From a virus (Duplodnaviria > Caudoviricetes): 64,000 bases of DNA. Below the pieces are notes generated by a model, which did no database searches, was not told the origin of the DNA, and saw only the letters and a program-made list of their open reading frames with translations. Of the stretch, positions 17,437-26,975 are shown in pieces (position 1 is the first letter of the stretch; each line of letters begins with the position of its first letter). A program made the translations under genes and the position numbers. The stretch is taken from the IMG/VR virus record IMGVR_UViG_3300044996_000325, positions 1,085 through 65,084 of that record. One strand, written 5' to 3'.

Positions 17437-17784
17437 TCATGATGCCTCCAGGAATAGCTTGAGGGTGTCCATGTCGTAGAAGACCCTCATGCCGGTGTCG
17501 ATTGCCATCTGGCGCTCCTTACGGGCTCCTCCACTTCGTTCCCATCCCTCAATCATCAGAATAGCGTCGCAGCGCTGCAGGAGCTCGAGATCTCCTTCGA
17601 GCCATACTTCATCCGGGGCCGCTCCACCGAGACCAGATGTGTTCTTGTGGGGGCACAGGGCAACCCCTCCGTTCTGCCACACGAACAGCGCCGCATCCTC
17701 TGCTGAGCGAATATTCTGCCTGACGAAGTACTCTCCTTTGTCACTGCGATATGGTCCTGCGATGTAGACGACCTTTTTGCCCAT
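17437..17784 (-). CDS. DUF4406/DUF1937-like nucleoside deoxyribosyltransferase-fold protein
   Basis: VYIAGPY...CPH...LLQRCDAILMIEGWERSGGARKE. Confidence 0.75.
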   Translation of the reverse strand: MGKKVVYIAGPYRSDKGEYFVRQNIRSAEDAALFVWQNGGVALCPHKNTSGLGGAAPDEVWLEGDLELLQRCDAILMIEGWERSGGARKERQMAIDTGMRVFYDMDTLKLFLEAS

Positions 17785-17822
17785 AGTCCTCCAAAGATCA
17801 AGTAAAGTGCCTTCGAACAAAA

Positions 17823-17851
17823 ATTCTAACACCCTTGACAGATTGTGTCAA
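17823..17851 (-). promoter_or_regulatory. leftward promoter TTGACA-N17-TAGAAT
   Basis: tgtcaa 17846-17851, attcta 17823-17828. Confidence 0.8.
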
Positions 17852-17863
17852 TACCGATACAAT
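17835..17863 (+). promoter_or_regulatory. rightward (late operon) promoter TTGACA-N17-TACAAT
   Basis: TTGACA 17835-17840, TACAAT 17858-17863. Confidence 0.8.
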
Positions 17864-17939
17864 CGGAATGTTCGTGCAACGGGAGGATAGATAGTCTTAT
17901 ATCCTCTAGTAGATATATATATCCTCTAAGGAGAAAAAA

Positions 17940-18359
17940 ATGTTCGAAAATCAGCTGGTCCAGATCGCAATTGTCACAGTCGCAATGATGGTGCTCGTGG
18001 GCATGGCCGGTTACGGCCTGAAGGTGTTCGATAGCTATATCAAGTCGACCTCCCTCGCCCCGAAGTACACCATCCTGAAGGATAAGGCCCGCTCAGTCGT
18101 CCGTTTCCTGGAACAGGCTCCCGGCTTTCAGGGTGAGCCCGGCGCTCTCAAGAAAGAGTACGCCATGGGATACCTGATCCAGGCGGCACGCAATGCCGGC
18201 ATCGAGGTCCTCGAGAATGCCGCCGCTGGTGTGCTCGACAAGATGGGCTTCTCCATCTCCCGGGACGAGATCGATCATATGGTCGAAGAGGCCGTGCTCG
18301 ACATGAATGCCGAATTCGGCAAGTTCCTCAACGACTACGCAACTCCCGCCGAGGGCTGA
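17940..18359 (+). CDS. LL-H family holin-like protein
   Basis: N-terminal TM then VRFLEQ...GALKKEYA...EIDHMVEEAVLDMN. Confidence 0.7.
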   Translation: MFENQLVQIAIVTVAMMVLVGMAGYGLKVFDSYIKSTSLAPKYTILKDKARSVVRFLEQAPGFQGEPGALKKEYAMGYLIQAARNAGIEVLENAAAGVLDKMGFSISRDEIDHMVEEAVLDMNAEFGKFLNDYATPAEG

Positions 18360-19105
18360 TGATCTACCTTTCCCGCGAATGGCCCTACATCGAGGGCGTC
18401 GCCAAGGAGAGGCTGAAGAACAACATCACCTCGCGTCACGTATCGGTATACGGAGAGAGCATTGAAACACTCGGGGCCGCCGGAGAGCTGGCGGCCCGAA
18501 GATTTTTCGGGATACCGACCGAACTTGGCACGCACTTCGATGGGGGTACGGATATTATCTACTGCGGTGTGCGGATCGACGTCAAGGCGACCGTCTGGAC
18601 AAGGAAGCTGCAGTTTCGCTCCCTCCAGTGGCCCTTGTGGAAGCCGATCAAGGCGGATTGCATCCTGCTTGTCGCCGTCGACACCGACCGCCGGGCTGCC
18701 ATCTTGCTCGGATACGCGACCAGGAACGAGGTCGCAATGGCTCCTGTGAACAGGGAGCGCTACGATCCGTGCCACGAGATCCCCATTCAAAACCTTCACT
18801 CGGTTTCGGAGCTTATGCCATCAGCACCCAAAAGCAAGCGCATACAGGACCCAGGGTTCCGCAATAAGATCATTGGTCGGGACGGCGTCTGTCTGTACGG
18901 TCTCCATGAGCGCGCAGAATGCTCTGGAGGATTGGACCCCCATCACATCAAGACGCGTGGATCGGGTGGCGACGACACTTACGACAATGGCATCACCCTC
19001 TGTCGTAAGCACCACAGCCAGGCCCATTCAGGGCATATATCCGCCGATTATCTGAGGCTCATCCTGAATAACTACTACAAGTACGAATACCCGGAGGTCA
19101 TGTGA
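18359..19105 (+). CDS. PD-(D/E)XK-like domain fused to HNH endonuclease
   Basis: GAAGELA...DGGTD...IDVKAT; C-terminal RDGVC...HHIKTRGSGG...NGITLCRKHHSQAH. Confidence 0.75.
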   Translation: MIYLSREWPYIEGVAKERLKNNITSRHVSVYGESIETLGAAGELAARRFFGIPTELGTHFDGGTDIIYCGVRIDVKATVWTRKLQFRSLQWPLWKPIKADCILLVAVDTDRRAAILLGYATRNEVAMAPVNRERYDPCHEIPIQNLHSVSELMPSAPKSKRIQDPGFRNKIIGRDGVCLYGLHERAECSGGLDPHHIKTRGSGGDDTYDNGITLCRKHHSQAHSGHISADYLRLILNNYYKYEYPEVM

Positions 19106-20073
19106 ACGAGACGGAGTTACTGCATCAGTCTACCCAGGCAGAGATCGATGCCTGGGAAGATTTTCGGAAGAAATATGAGCGTATGTTTCCGGCGCCTGAA
19201 AAGCCATCCATTACGCTCAGGGATGTGATCGGCTGGCAGTTCTGGATGGCAATCCTGCAGGGCATCTTCGCAATTGCCCTCGCCGCTTTCCGTACTGCCG
19301 ATATGTTCTACAAGATCGCCCTGTCATCGAGCCAGATGTTGGCCGTGCTCGAGGCGTTCTTTGCCGTCGGAGCTGTCGAGGGCGGCATTGTTGTATTCGC
19401 CGCTCTGCGGGCGGAAATGCAGAACCGCAGAACTACTGGAGACGAAAACAGTGACCTCAAACTTGAAGTGCGCGCATCCGTTTGGCGCCTGGCTGCCGGT
19501 GAAATCCTCGGTCTCGCCATCTCGATCGTCGCCGGCCTTGGTCTCTCCTTTGCCGGTCTCGGCATCGATGCAGCCCAGTTCTCTTTCTGGCTGGCTGTTA
19601 TCGTCGGCGCAGGAGCATCGATCATCGCCGCCATCTCCGGAGATGTCATCGGGGCAACCCTCGCCCGCCTTTCCAATGCTCGTGATCGCGTTGGCATACA
19701 ATATCGAGCCGCGATGAAAGACTGGGAAGCGACGCTGTACTCTCGCTGGGCGAAGTCCGACGAACGAGCGATCGCACGCGGAGAGCTGAAGGCAGCTGTT
19801 CGTTCGGGTCGTTCGATACCGAACAGTCGACCGAACAAATACGGCCAAAATCCTGCCGCCGAACGAACCGCCGAACGGCCACCGAACGAACAGAGGGAGC
19901 GTATTATCGCTTATCTTGAGCAATACATGGCTGAACATCCAGAGGCCGAAAGTATTCCTGGGCCATCACAGGTCTCTCGTGATCTTGGAGTGAGCAAGAG
20001 CTACTCTCACCAGGTCCTGAACGACTGGATGGAAGAAAAAGGTTTCGTCGGACAGGAAGGAACCGCTCAGTAG
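19102..20073 (+). CDS. multi-TM protein with C-terminal HTH
   Basis: four hydrophobic helices; GPSQVSRDLGVSKSYSHQVL HTH. Confidence 0.75.
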   Translation: MNETELLHQSTQAEIDAWEDFRKKYERMFPAPEKPSITLRDVIGWQFWMAILQGIFAIALAAFRTADMFYKIALSSSQMLAVLEAFFAVGAVEGGIVVFAALRAEMQNRRTTGDENSDLKLEVRASVWRLAAGEILGLAISIVAGLGLSFAGLGIDAAQFSFWLAVIVGAGASIIAAISGDVIGATLARLSNARDRVGIQYRAAMKDWEATLYSRWAKSDERAIARGELKAAVRSGRSIPNSRPNKYGQNPAAERTAERPPNEQRERIIAYLEQYMAEHPEAESIPGPSQVSRDLGVSKSYSHQVLNDWMEEKGFVGQEGTAQ

Positions 20074-21579
20074 ATGGCTAAACTTTCCTACGCGGACGAG
20101 CAAATGCTTACCCTGGCCAGGCGGGAGAATGGGGGCTTCCACCTGGCTGCCAAATGGTATCTTCGTGGATGGGAGCCGCTTTCGTACCAATACGTCTGGC
20201 ATATGGCTCCCTTCTACAACACGACCGCTGTCTGGGGCATTGGCTCTGGAAAGACGTCCATCGTGACAGCGTCGAATATCATAGATTGCATTACTCTTCC
20301 TGGCTTCAAGGCTCTCAATGCTTCGATAACCGCAAAGCAGGCAGAGCTCGCTTTCGAGATGCTCGATAGCTGGCGCGAGGGCAATTCGCGCCTCGACCGC
20401 TTGATCACGAATATTACACTTCGACCGTGGCCTATTGTCGACTTCTACAATGGCTCCCAGTATGAATTTCGTACTGCTGGACAGGGAGCAAAATTCATCC
20501 GTGGCCATGAATACGATCGAGCAAACTACGACGAGGCCGGTCTCGACATGGATGGAGAGGCGATCAAGGTTATTCGCGGTCGTCTCCGCGGGCGCCGCCC
20601 TGATGGCTCCCCGCGCATGGCTCGCCTTGATTGCACAGGAACGCCGTCCCCGTCCGTGTGGTTCAAGCACCGCTTCGATATCGGCTTTCGTGGAACTCCA
20701 GAAGCAACAGAGGAGACGCTCAAGGACTATTTCTCGATGCGCGTCTCCACGTACGACAATACGATGCTGACAGCCGATCAGATCCGGATGATGGAGAAAG
20801 AATATCCTCCGGAAATGATCGACATCGAGCTCGGCGGCATATTCCCCGATTACGGCATGGGGTTCTTCCCCCTGAACCATATCAATGCCTGCGCCGACAG
20901 TTCGATCCTGGACGAGATCTACACCGCACTTCGCCCGGATCACGGTTCTCCGAAGCCCGGGTACACCATTGTCGAATGGCCAAGGATCGGCATCGTTGAG
21001 TTCGAGCTCCCGGCATCCCCGTCCGGTCTGTATATCATCGCCGGCGATCCTGGCACAGGAGCTCCTCCTTCGCGGAATGCGCCGGTTGTCATGGTCTACG
21101 ATCTCTCCGTTCATCCGAAGAAGATGGTCGCCTTCTGGTGGGGATCCGCGAAGGGGTCGTACCGTCCATTCCTCGAGAAGTACCAGTACTTCTGCCAGAA
21201 GTATTTCCCAGTGGCGCGCGGCGTCGACACAACATCGACACAGAAGGCGATCGATGAGCTGGGTTTCGAAGAGATGGGTATCAATATCGACCCGATCTCG
21301 TTCCAGAACCTCAAGGACGCCATGCTGAACGCCCTGTCCCTTGATATCACTGGCCACAACATCTGCTATCCCCCGATCCACGGGCTGATCAATCAACTCG
21401 CGATCTATCGGAAGGAAGACGACAAGAAGCTCGACCAGGACCTCGTCATGACCATGGCGCAGATCTCGCACCTATCCAGGTTTGTTCGAGAAGGCTACAA
21501 GACACCAGCTGGAGGTCATATCGCCAAGCCGAGAAGTAGATCTGCTCGAACGCGCCACGTCCCATCGAGGGCAAGATGA
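20074..21579 (+). CDS. terL: terminase large subunit
   Basis: Walker A GIGSGKT, Walker B ANYDEA, coupling TGTP, nuclease IAGDPG...DQD. Confidence 0.9.
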   Translation: MAKLSYADEQMLTLARRENGGFHLAAKWYLRGWEPLSYQYVWHMAPFYNTTAVWGIGSGKTSIVTASNIIDCITLPGFKALNASITAKQAELAFEMLDSWREGNSRLDRLITNITLRPWPIVDFYNGSQYEFRTAGQGAKFIRGHEYDRANYDEAGLDMDGEAIKVIRGRLRGRRPDGSPRMARLDCTGTPSPSVWFKHRFDIGFRGTPEATEETLKDYFSMRVSTYDNTMLTADQIRMMEKEYPPEMIDIELGGIFPDYGMGFFPLNHINACADSSILDEIYTALRPDHGSPKPGYTIVEWPRIGIVEFELPASPSGLYIIAGDPGTGAPPSRNAPVVMVYDLSVHPKKMVAFWWGSAKGSYRPFLEKYQYFCQKYFPVARGVDTTSTQKAIDELGFEEMGINIDPISFQNLKDAMLNALSLDITGHNICYPPIHGLINQLAIYRKEDDKKLDQDLVMTMAQISHLSRFVREGYKTPAGGHIAKPRSRSARTRHVPSRAR

Positions 21580-22034
21580 ACGGAGTAGCGCACGCATCCA
21601 TCACAGCTGGAGCAACTGGAGCGATCATTGCCGCCGGATACTTCTCCGGTCTTCCAGCCGGAGACATCGTTGCCGCCGCCGGAGGATGCGCCGCCGGGAT
21701 CATCCTGACGCCAGATCTCGACGGGACCGGAACATATCATGGGCGCAAACTGCTCAAGGAGTATGGCGGATCCGTTCTTGCTTTGGCCTGGAGGATCCTC
21801 TGGTTTCCGTACACCGAGGTGATCAAGCACAGATCTCCAGTCTCTCACTGGCCCATTTTTGGTACACTTGTCCGTATCCTGTACCTTTATGGTATCTATG
21901 GTCTGATCTGTTTCGTGATCGGCCTGAGACCAACCACAGTACCATTGCCCGTGTTCATTCCGTTCTTCGCGGGCCTCGCAATCAGCGATCTTCTCCACTT
22001 TCTCGCAGATCTCGTTCCCGGGAGGACCAGATGA
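21576..22034 (+). CDS. DUF2227-like metal-binding membrane protein
   Basis: H...TPDLD...HRSPVSHWPIFGT...LLHFLAD. Confidence 0.75.
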   Translation: MNGVAHASITAGATGAIIAAGYFSGLPAGDIVAAAGGCAAGIILTPDLDGTGTYHGRKLLKEYGGSVLALAWRILWFPYTEVIKHRSPVSHWPIFGTLVRILYLYGIYGLICFVIGLRPTTVPLPVFIPFFAGLAISDLLHFLADLVPGRTR

Positions 22035-22252
22035 AGTACACTTTCAGATGCCTGAAATGCTCAGAGAGGATTGAGGTCGAGCATCGTGTCGATGAGCCTC
22101 ATCCGATAAATCATTCGTGCGGCGGGCGCCTGATCCGCACGTTCGAGCCAGTTGGCATCGTGTTCAGCGGCCCAGGCTTTTATACAACCGATAAACGGGA
22201 GCCGCCGCATGAGATCAATCTACCCCCCATTCCCGCAGACGAAATGGAGTAA
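22031..22252 (+). CDS. FmdB-type zinc ribbon protein
   Basis: MKYTFRCLKC...CGGRLIR...FSGPGFYTTD; GGAGG RBS. Confidence 0.8.
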   Translation: MKYTFRCLKCSERIEVEHRVDEPHPINHSCGGRLIRTFEPVGIVFSGPGFYTTDKREPPHEINLPPIPADEME

Positions 22253-22319
22253 TTTCTGAAACTCTAATACAAGTCCCGCCTGCGTCGCTTGTCACAGATA
22301 AAAAACAGTAGTAACGCTA

Positions 22320-22349
22320 TTGACACACTGGAGGTATTGATGCTAAAAT
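22320..22349 (+). promoter_or_regulatory. possible promoter TTGACA-N18-(TGc)TAAAAT
   Basis: TTGACA 22320-22325, TAAAAT 22344-22349; overlaps the start of the next small ORF. Confidence 0.45.
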
Positions 22350-22624
22350 CTAAATCGCCATGCTTGACATCGCACACTGAAGCAGAACTGATAGGCGCGA
22401 TCAGCGACCTGATGTATGGCGAGATTACTGGTGTGCATGTCCCTGATGACGAAAGGATCTCCACGGAGGTCCTGGTCACCGAAAAGCAGAAGGCTTTGAT
22501 CGATGCCATCCGGGATGGCATAAGTACGATCGAGAAGATCGTTGTCCATGAAGGGGAGCCGATGCAGATCGAGTACATACAATCGATCAACGGCTTCCGC
22601 TGTATCCGGAAATTCAGGCTGTAG
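22340..22624 (+). CDS. hypothetical protein
   Basis: GGAGG RBS; internal similarity YGEITGVHV / ISTIEKIVV. Confidence 0.6.
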   Translation: MLKSKSPCLTSHTEAELIGAISDLMYGEITGVHVPDDERISTEVLVTEKQKALIDAIRDGISTIEKIVVHEGEPMQIEYIQSINGFRCIRKFRL

Positions 22625-22634
22625 CCGACCGCAT

Positions 22635-22670
22635 GAGCGGAGGACAGTAAATGTCCTCCGCTCTTTTTTT
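22635..22670 (+). terminator. strong rho-independent terminator directly before portal
   Basis: GAGCGGAGGACA-gtaaa-TGTCCTCCGCTC-TTTTTTT. Confidence 0.85.
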
Positions 22671-22681
22671 ATAAGGTGACG

Positions 22682-24202
22682 ATGCTTCCTTATCCAGAAG
22701 TTCCCAACATTGCGAACTCCTTTACCGATCTCGGCTTCGTTGGCGTCAGCCCGAATGTGATCGAGACCTGGTCTGCCCTCCGTATGCAGCACCAGAAGTC
22801 CACTGATTACTTCAACGGCTCGATTTTCGAAAAGCGAGTTGATGGTGAGATTGGTGATGCTCCCCAGGTTCCGCTGCTTTATCCGTTGTCTCTGAACCTG
22901 GTCAAAATGATGACCCTGGCTTTGACTGACAGCTTCGTTGGAGAAGTGGATGACAACGACGCTGCTGTTGTGTTTACTCCGGCATCCTATATCGAGGTGA
23001 CGGAAAAGGCCAAGAAGGTGACCGAGTTCTGCAACGGCATCCTTCGTCAGAGCAAGAACGCTTCCCTGGTCTGGGAGCTCGATTTCGACCGCAACCTGTA
23101 CGGCGGAACTGTCCTGCGCGTAATGCCGGACTTCTCGTCCCCGTACTTCATCACGTGGCGCAAGGTTGTTATGGATGCCTTCTATCCGATCTTCGATCCC
23201 GAGGATCCGGATGTCATTCTTGAGTGCTGGCTTGCGAACTATCTCTATCCCGAGCAGGCTCGTGAGAAATACGGATACGATGAGCACGTTGCCATGGGAT
23301 ACGTCCTTCGTACGGAGCACTGGACCAGAACGAAGCACGAGATCCGCATCAACGGCACTCTTGTTGTCGACGAGCGCAATCCGTGGGGCATTGTCCCATT
23401 CGTTTACATTCCGCGTATCCGCACGACCACTCCATTTGGAGACAGCCTCGTCAAGGACATCTTTGGCACCCAGGACGAGATCAACATGCGCCTCGCCGAT
23501 GCCGGGGAGGCCCTCAACTACAATCTGCACCCGACACGCTGGGGGCTGAACCTGCCATCGACGTTCTCCGATAAGAACTATCCCGTCGCAGCCGATGCGA
23601 TGTGGGATCTCGGGCGCGCGATGAACAAGGACATGAAGCCCGAAGTTGGCATTCTCTCTGTTGATAACCCCATTCCCGAGGGGCTCTTCAAGTACGTTCA
23701 GTTCGTGTACGACTGGGCAAGGACATCTGTCGCCGCCCCTCCGATTGCATTTGGAGAAGACAATGGCGGCGGTCAGCGCTCGGGCATCACACTCGAGATC
23801 CGTCTGTGGCCGATGCTGAAGGCCATGCGCACCTCCCGGTCATTCATGGCCACTGGCCTTGCTCGCGCCCTGAAGATCTCCGGAATGATCCTGAAGCAGA
23901 AGAAGCTCACTGACGTTCCGGCGTATATCTACGACGCCATGATCAATGGTGAGATATCTGCACGCTTCCATCGTGTCATGCCGAGAGACCAGGCCGCAGC
24001 CGTCGACGAAGTTGTCAAGTTGCTTTCGACCAAGACTGGTCCTGCCATCTCTCTCGAGACGGCTCAGGAAGTCCTTGGACGCGGCCCAGCCGAACTGAAG
24101 CGCATCCTGTCCTTTATGGGAGATCTTGAAAGCCAGGAACTCTGGCCATTCACCCCCGAGCCCGAGACGCCGTTTGGAAACTCGAGTACCCCGGAGGCGT
24201 AA
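22682..24202 (+). CDS. portal protein (SPP1 gp6-like)
   Basis: ~506 aa after TerL; NPWGIVPFVYIP...FGDSLVKDIFGTQDEIN, SGITLEIRLWPM. Confidence 0.85.
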   Translation: MLPYPEVPNIANSFTDLGFVGVSPNVIETWSALRMQHQKSTDYFNGSIFEKRVDGEIGDAPQVPLLYPLSLNLVKMMTLALTDSFVGEVDDNDAAVVFTPASYIEVTEKAKKVTEFCNGILRQSKNASLVWELDFDRNLYGGTVLRVMPDFSSPYFITWRKVVMDAFYPIFDPEDPDVILECWLANYLYPEQAREKYGYDEHVAMGYVLRTEHWTRTKHEIRINGTLVVDERNPWGIVPFVYIPRIRTTTPFGDSLVKDIFGTQDEINMRLADAGEALNYNLHPTRWGLNLPSTFSDKNYPVAADAMWDLGRAMNKDMKPEVGILSVDNPIPEGLFKYVQFVYDWARTSVAAPPIAFGEDNGGGQRSGITLEIRLWPMLKAMRTSRSFMATGLARALKISGMILKQKKLTDVPAYIYDAMINGEISARFHRVMPRDQAAAVDEVVKLLSTKTGPAISLETAQEVLGRGPAELKRILSFMGDLESQELWPFTPEPETPFGNSSTPEA

Positions 24203-24964
24203 TTGGACTTTCCAACACTGAAGATTGCGTTCCCGACAGATCAGCATGTACCTTACGAAGATAGAGAAGCAGTAGAGCTCGCAATGAAGGTGATCGCCGA
24301 CTTCGATCCGGACGAGATCATCGTTGGATCTGACGGCCTGGACTTCTATGCGGTTTCGAAGTTTGACAAGGACCCTCTTCGTGGAGACACGACCAAGATC
24401 CAGTACGAGATCGATCGATGGGAAGAGAACCAGAGGGCGTGGATGTCAGCTGCGCCAAGAGCACGCCGGCGCTTCCTGATCGGAAACCACGAAGAGCGAT
24501 TGCAGCGATATCTATGGAGAAATCCAGAGATCGCAGATCTCCGCAGCCTGAAGTTGAGCAAGGTGCTCGAATTCTCCGATCTCGAGATCGACGGAGAGCC
24601 AGAGCAGGAGATCGTGTACTTTGACAAGGTGATGTTCCGACACGGGTCGGTTGTTCGCAAGGGTTCGGCAATGTCCGCGAAAGCGGAACTTGAGCAGGCG
24701 AAATTTGCCATGAGCGTGAACACTGGGCACACGCACAGAGGCGGAACGCACTACTCGCGAACCAGGGCTGGGATCATTCAGGCGAACGAATGCTTTTGTC
24801 TGTGTGGCCTGCAGCCGCACTATGATCCAGGTTTTGTCGATTGGCAGCAGGGCACTGTGCTGACCACGGTCGGGTACAACTTCCTCTTCATTGAACCCAT
24901 CCCGTTCACCCGTCGTTTTGGGAAACTGGAGGCAGTCTGGAGAGGAAAACTATACCAGGCGTAA
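24203..24964 (+). CDS. calcineurin-like metallophosphoesterase
   Basis: DQH, SDGLD, GNHE, HG, GHTH motifs; TTG start. Confidence 0.85.
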   Translation: MDFPTLKIAFPTDQHVPYEDREAVELAMKVIADFDPDEIIVGSDGLDFYAVSKFDKDPLRGDTTKIQYEIDRWEENQRAWMSAAPRARRRFLIGNHEERLQRYLWRNPEIADLRSLKLSKVLEFSDLEIDGEPEQEIVYFDKVMFRHGSVVRKGSAMSAKAELEQAKFAMSVNTGHTHRGGTHYSRTRAGIIQANECFCLCGLQPHYDPGFVDWQQGTVLTTVGYNFLFIEPIPFTRRFGKLEAVWRGKLYQA

Positions 24965-24994
24965 TTTCAGACGCCGGAAAGAAGGAAATCAGAA

Positions 24995-25666
24995 ATGGCA
25001 GGAACCAAAGAAACGACTGATCAGTCGCGCTTTGACAATCAGCCGTCCTCGCAGGTCCCACCCCAGTCAGTCGAAGGGGAAGAAAGTGCGGAGCTCGTCG
25101 AAAAGAAACGTCTTGACGGCGCTCTCCAGAAAATTCAGGAACTTACGCTGGCCAACAAGGCCCTCGCTGAGCAGCTCGCGACCAAGGATGTAGCTCTTGG
25201 TCAGACGAGCGCCCAGATTGCTCAGAAGGAAGCCGAGTTCCAGCAGAAGACTGGTGAGTTCCAATCAACGCTCCAGAACCTTCAAAGGGAACGCGAAGAG
25301 CTCGCCCGCAAAGCAGCTGAAGCCGAGGCAGTGAACCGTAAGCTGACCGCCATCAAGGCGGCTGGCCGCCCGGAGCTTGTTGCGATCATCGATACGATCC
25401 CCGTTGCCCAGAGCGACGAGGAGCAGATCCAGGTCGTGAACAAGCTCGCTGGCTTTGCCGACGATATCGTCAAACGGCGTGAAAAGGAACTGATCGCCGG
25501 CCTTGGCGATGGGTCTCACTCGATCGCTGCTGGCGGAGCAGCTCCCGCGAAGCCGACCACGCACGATGGTTGGATGAACTACATCAATTCCTTGAAGCCA
25601 GGTTCCCTGGAGCATCAGAAGGCGTGGGACGAATATTTCGTCGCCGCCCAAAAACTTCAAAACTAA
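24995..25666 (+). CDS. capsid scaffolding protein
   Basis: coiled-coil protein directly upstream of capsid gene. Confidence 0.7.
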   Translation: MAGTKETTDQSRFDNQPSSQVPPQSVEGEESAELVEKKRLDGALQKIQELTLANKALAEQLATKDVALGQTSAQIAQKEAEFQQKTGEFQSTLQNLQREREELARKAAEAEAVNRKLTAIKAAGRPELVAIIDTIPVAQSDEEQIQVVNKLAGFADDIVKRREKELIAGLGDGSHSIAAGGAAPAKPTTHDGWMNYINSLKPGSLEHQKAWDEYFVAAQKLQN

Positions 25667-25678
25667 GAGGAACCAACC

Positions 25679-26959
25679 ATGACTGACGCTTATGAAACCG
25701 GCGCCCTTTTCAGTGGTGCCCTTCCCGCTGGGCAGCGTACGTTCTACGAGCAGCTCCTGCTCCAGAACCTGCGCGTCAAGTCCCTGCTCCTGCCCTATTT
25801 GGCCGTGAAGGAAGACTTCCGCGGTCGTGATACCGGGCGCATCACCTATACCGAAGTCCTGGATACCGAACCGAACTGGAACGGTTACTCCGAGGACACC
25901 ATCTGGCTCCCGGGTGCCCACCTGGACAGCCGCTCGGTGACGATCGACCTCGAGATCCACGGCGACGTCATCAAGGTCTCGGATTACTCCGAGCTGGTGA
26001 ACTTCTGGAACAACGGTGATCTGCGCGGCCTGGTCAATGGCAAGCTCGGCCAGAACATGGTCGACTACATCGACATCATGGCCCGCAATGCCTTCCTGAA
26101 CGCCGCGTACAAGTCCTACGGCGGCGATGCCTCGTCCCGCGCCACCCTGGCCGACGGCGACGTCTTCGATGTCGACATTGTCGAAGATGTCCGCACCGAG
26201 CTGGAAGAACGGAATGTCCCCGGCGTGGTCGCTCCGACCGATGCCGACGTGCAGACCATCGTCTGCGTCACCTCTCCGCGCGTGATCAATCAGCTGCGCA
26301 CCGCTGCCAACAGCAAGTGGGTGGAAGTCAACCAGTACCGTCACGCCGAGAAGATCTTCCGCGGCGAAATCGGCACCTGGAACGGCGTCCGCTTCGTCAA
26401 GACCAACCGCATGTGGATGCGCAACTACGGCACGCCCGTCGCCCAGATCGCCATCGACGGCGCGACCGTTGCCGGTCAGGGCGCCTACTCGACCGTGGAC
26501 AAGGTCTACACTCCCGGCCAGAGCACCTCGACCCGCTACATCACCCTGGCCACCGATCCGACCGCGAAGTTCAAGGTCGGCGAATGGGTGACCATCCATG
26601 ACAGCGCCCAGGCTGGTGTCGCTCCCGTTGAAAGCGACGGCACGCAGGAAACCCGCCGGATCGCCTGGATGGACGCTGGTACCAAGCGCATCGCCTTCGA
26701 CAAGCCACTGATGAAGCCGCATGCCTCTGGCGACCTGGTGACCTACGGCCTGGATGTCCATGCCTCGATCTTCATGGGCGGCCCCGGCGTCGTCTACGGT
26801 GTCGGTGAGCGTCCGCACGTGCTCAACCTGCCCACCATCGACGACATGGCCATGATCCGCCGCTTCGGCTGGCGGGCCTTCATCAAGATGCAGCTGTTCC
26901 GCCCGGAGATGTTCCAGGTCGTCGAGACCGCCGGCGTCACTCCGCAGGCGCTGCCCTAG
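25679..26959 (+). CDS. major capsid protein (N4-gp56-like, HK97 fold)
   Basis: GEIGTWNGVRFVKT, D-MAMIRRFGWRA; position; strongly biased codon usage. Confidence 0.85.
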   Translation: MTDAYETGALFSGALPAGQRTFYEQLLLQNLRVKSLLLPYLAVKEDFRGRDTGRITYTEVLDTEPNWNGYSEDTIWLPGAHLDSRSVTIDLEIHGDVIKVSDYSELVNFWNNGDLRGLVNGKLGQNMVDYIDIMARNAFLNAAYKSYGGDASSRATLADGDVFDVDIVEDVRTELEERNVPGVVAPTDADVQTIVCVTSPRVINQLRTAANSKWVEVNQYRHAEKIFRGEIGTWNGVRFVKTNRMWMRNYGTPVAQIAIDGATVAGQGAYSTVDKVYTPGQSTSTRYITLATDPTAKFKVGEWVTIHDSAQAGVAPVESDGTQETRRIAWMDAGTKRIAFDKPLMKPHASGDLVTYGLDVHASIFMGGPGVVYGVGERPHVLNLPTIDDMAMIRRFGWRAFIKMQLFRPEMFQVVETAGVTPQALP

Positions 26960-26975
26960 TAGCTAGGAATACGCA

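Noticed and set aside
19966-26818. Long antisense ORFs (19966..21471, 22343..23530, 25265..26818; likewise 49904..51226)
   Set aside because: Shadow frames of GC-rich, codon-biased real genes; no motifs or RBS
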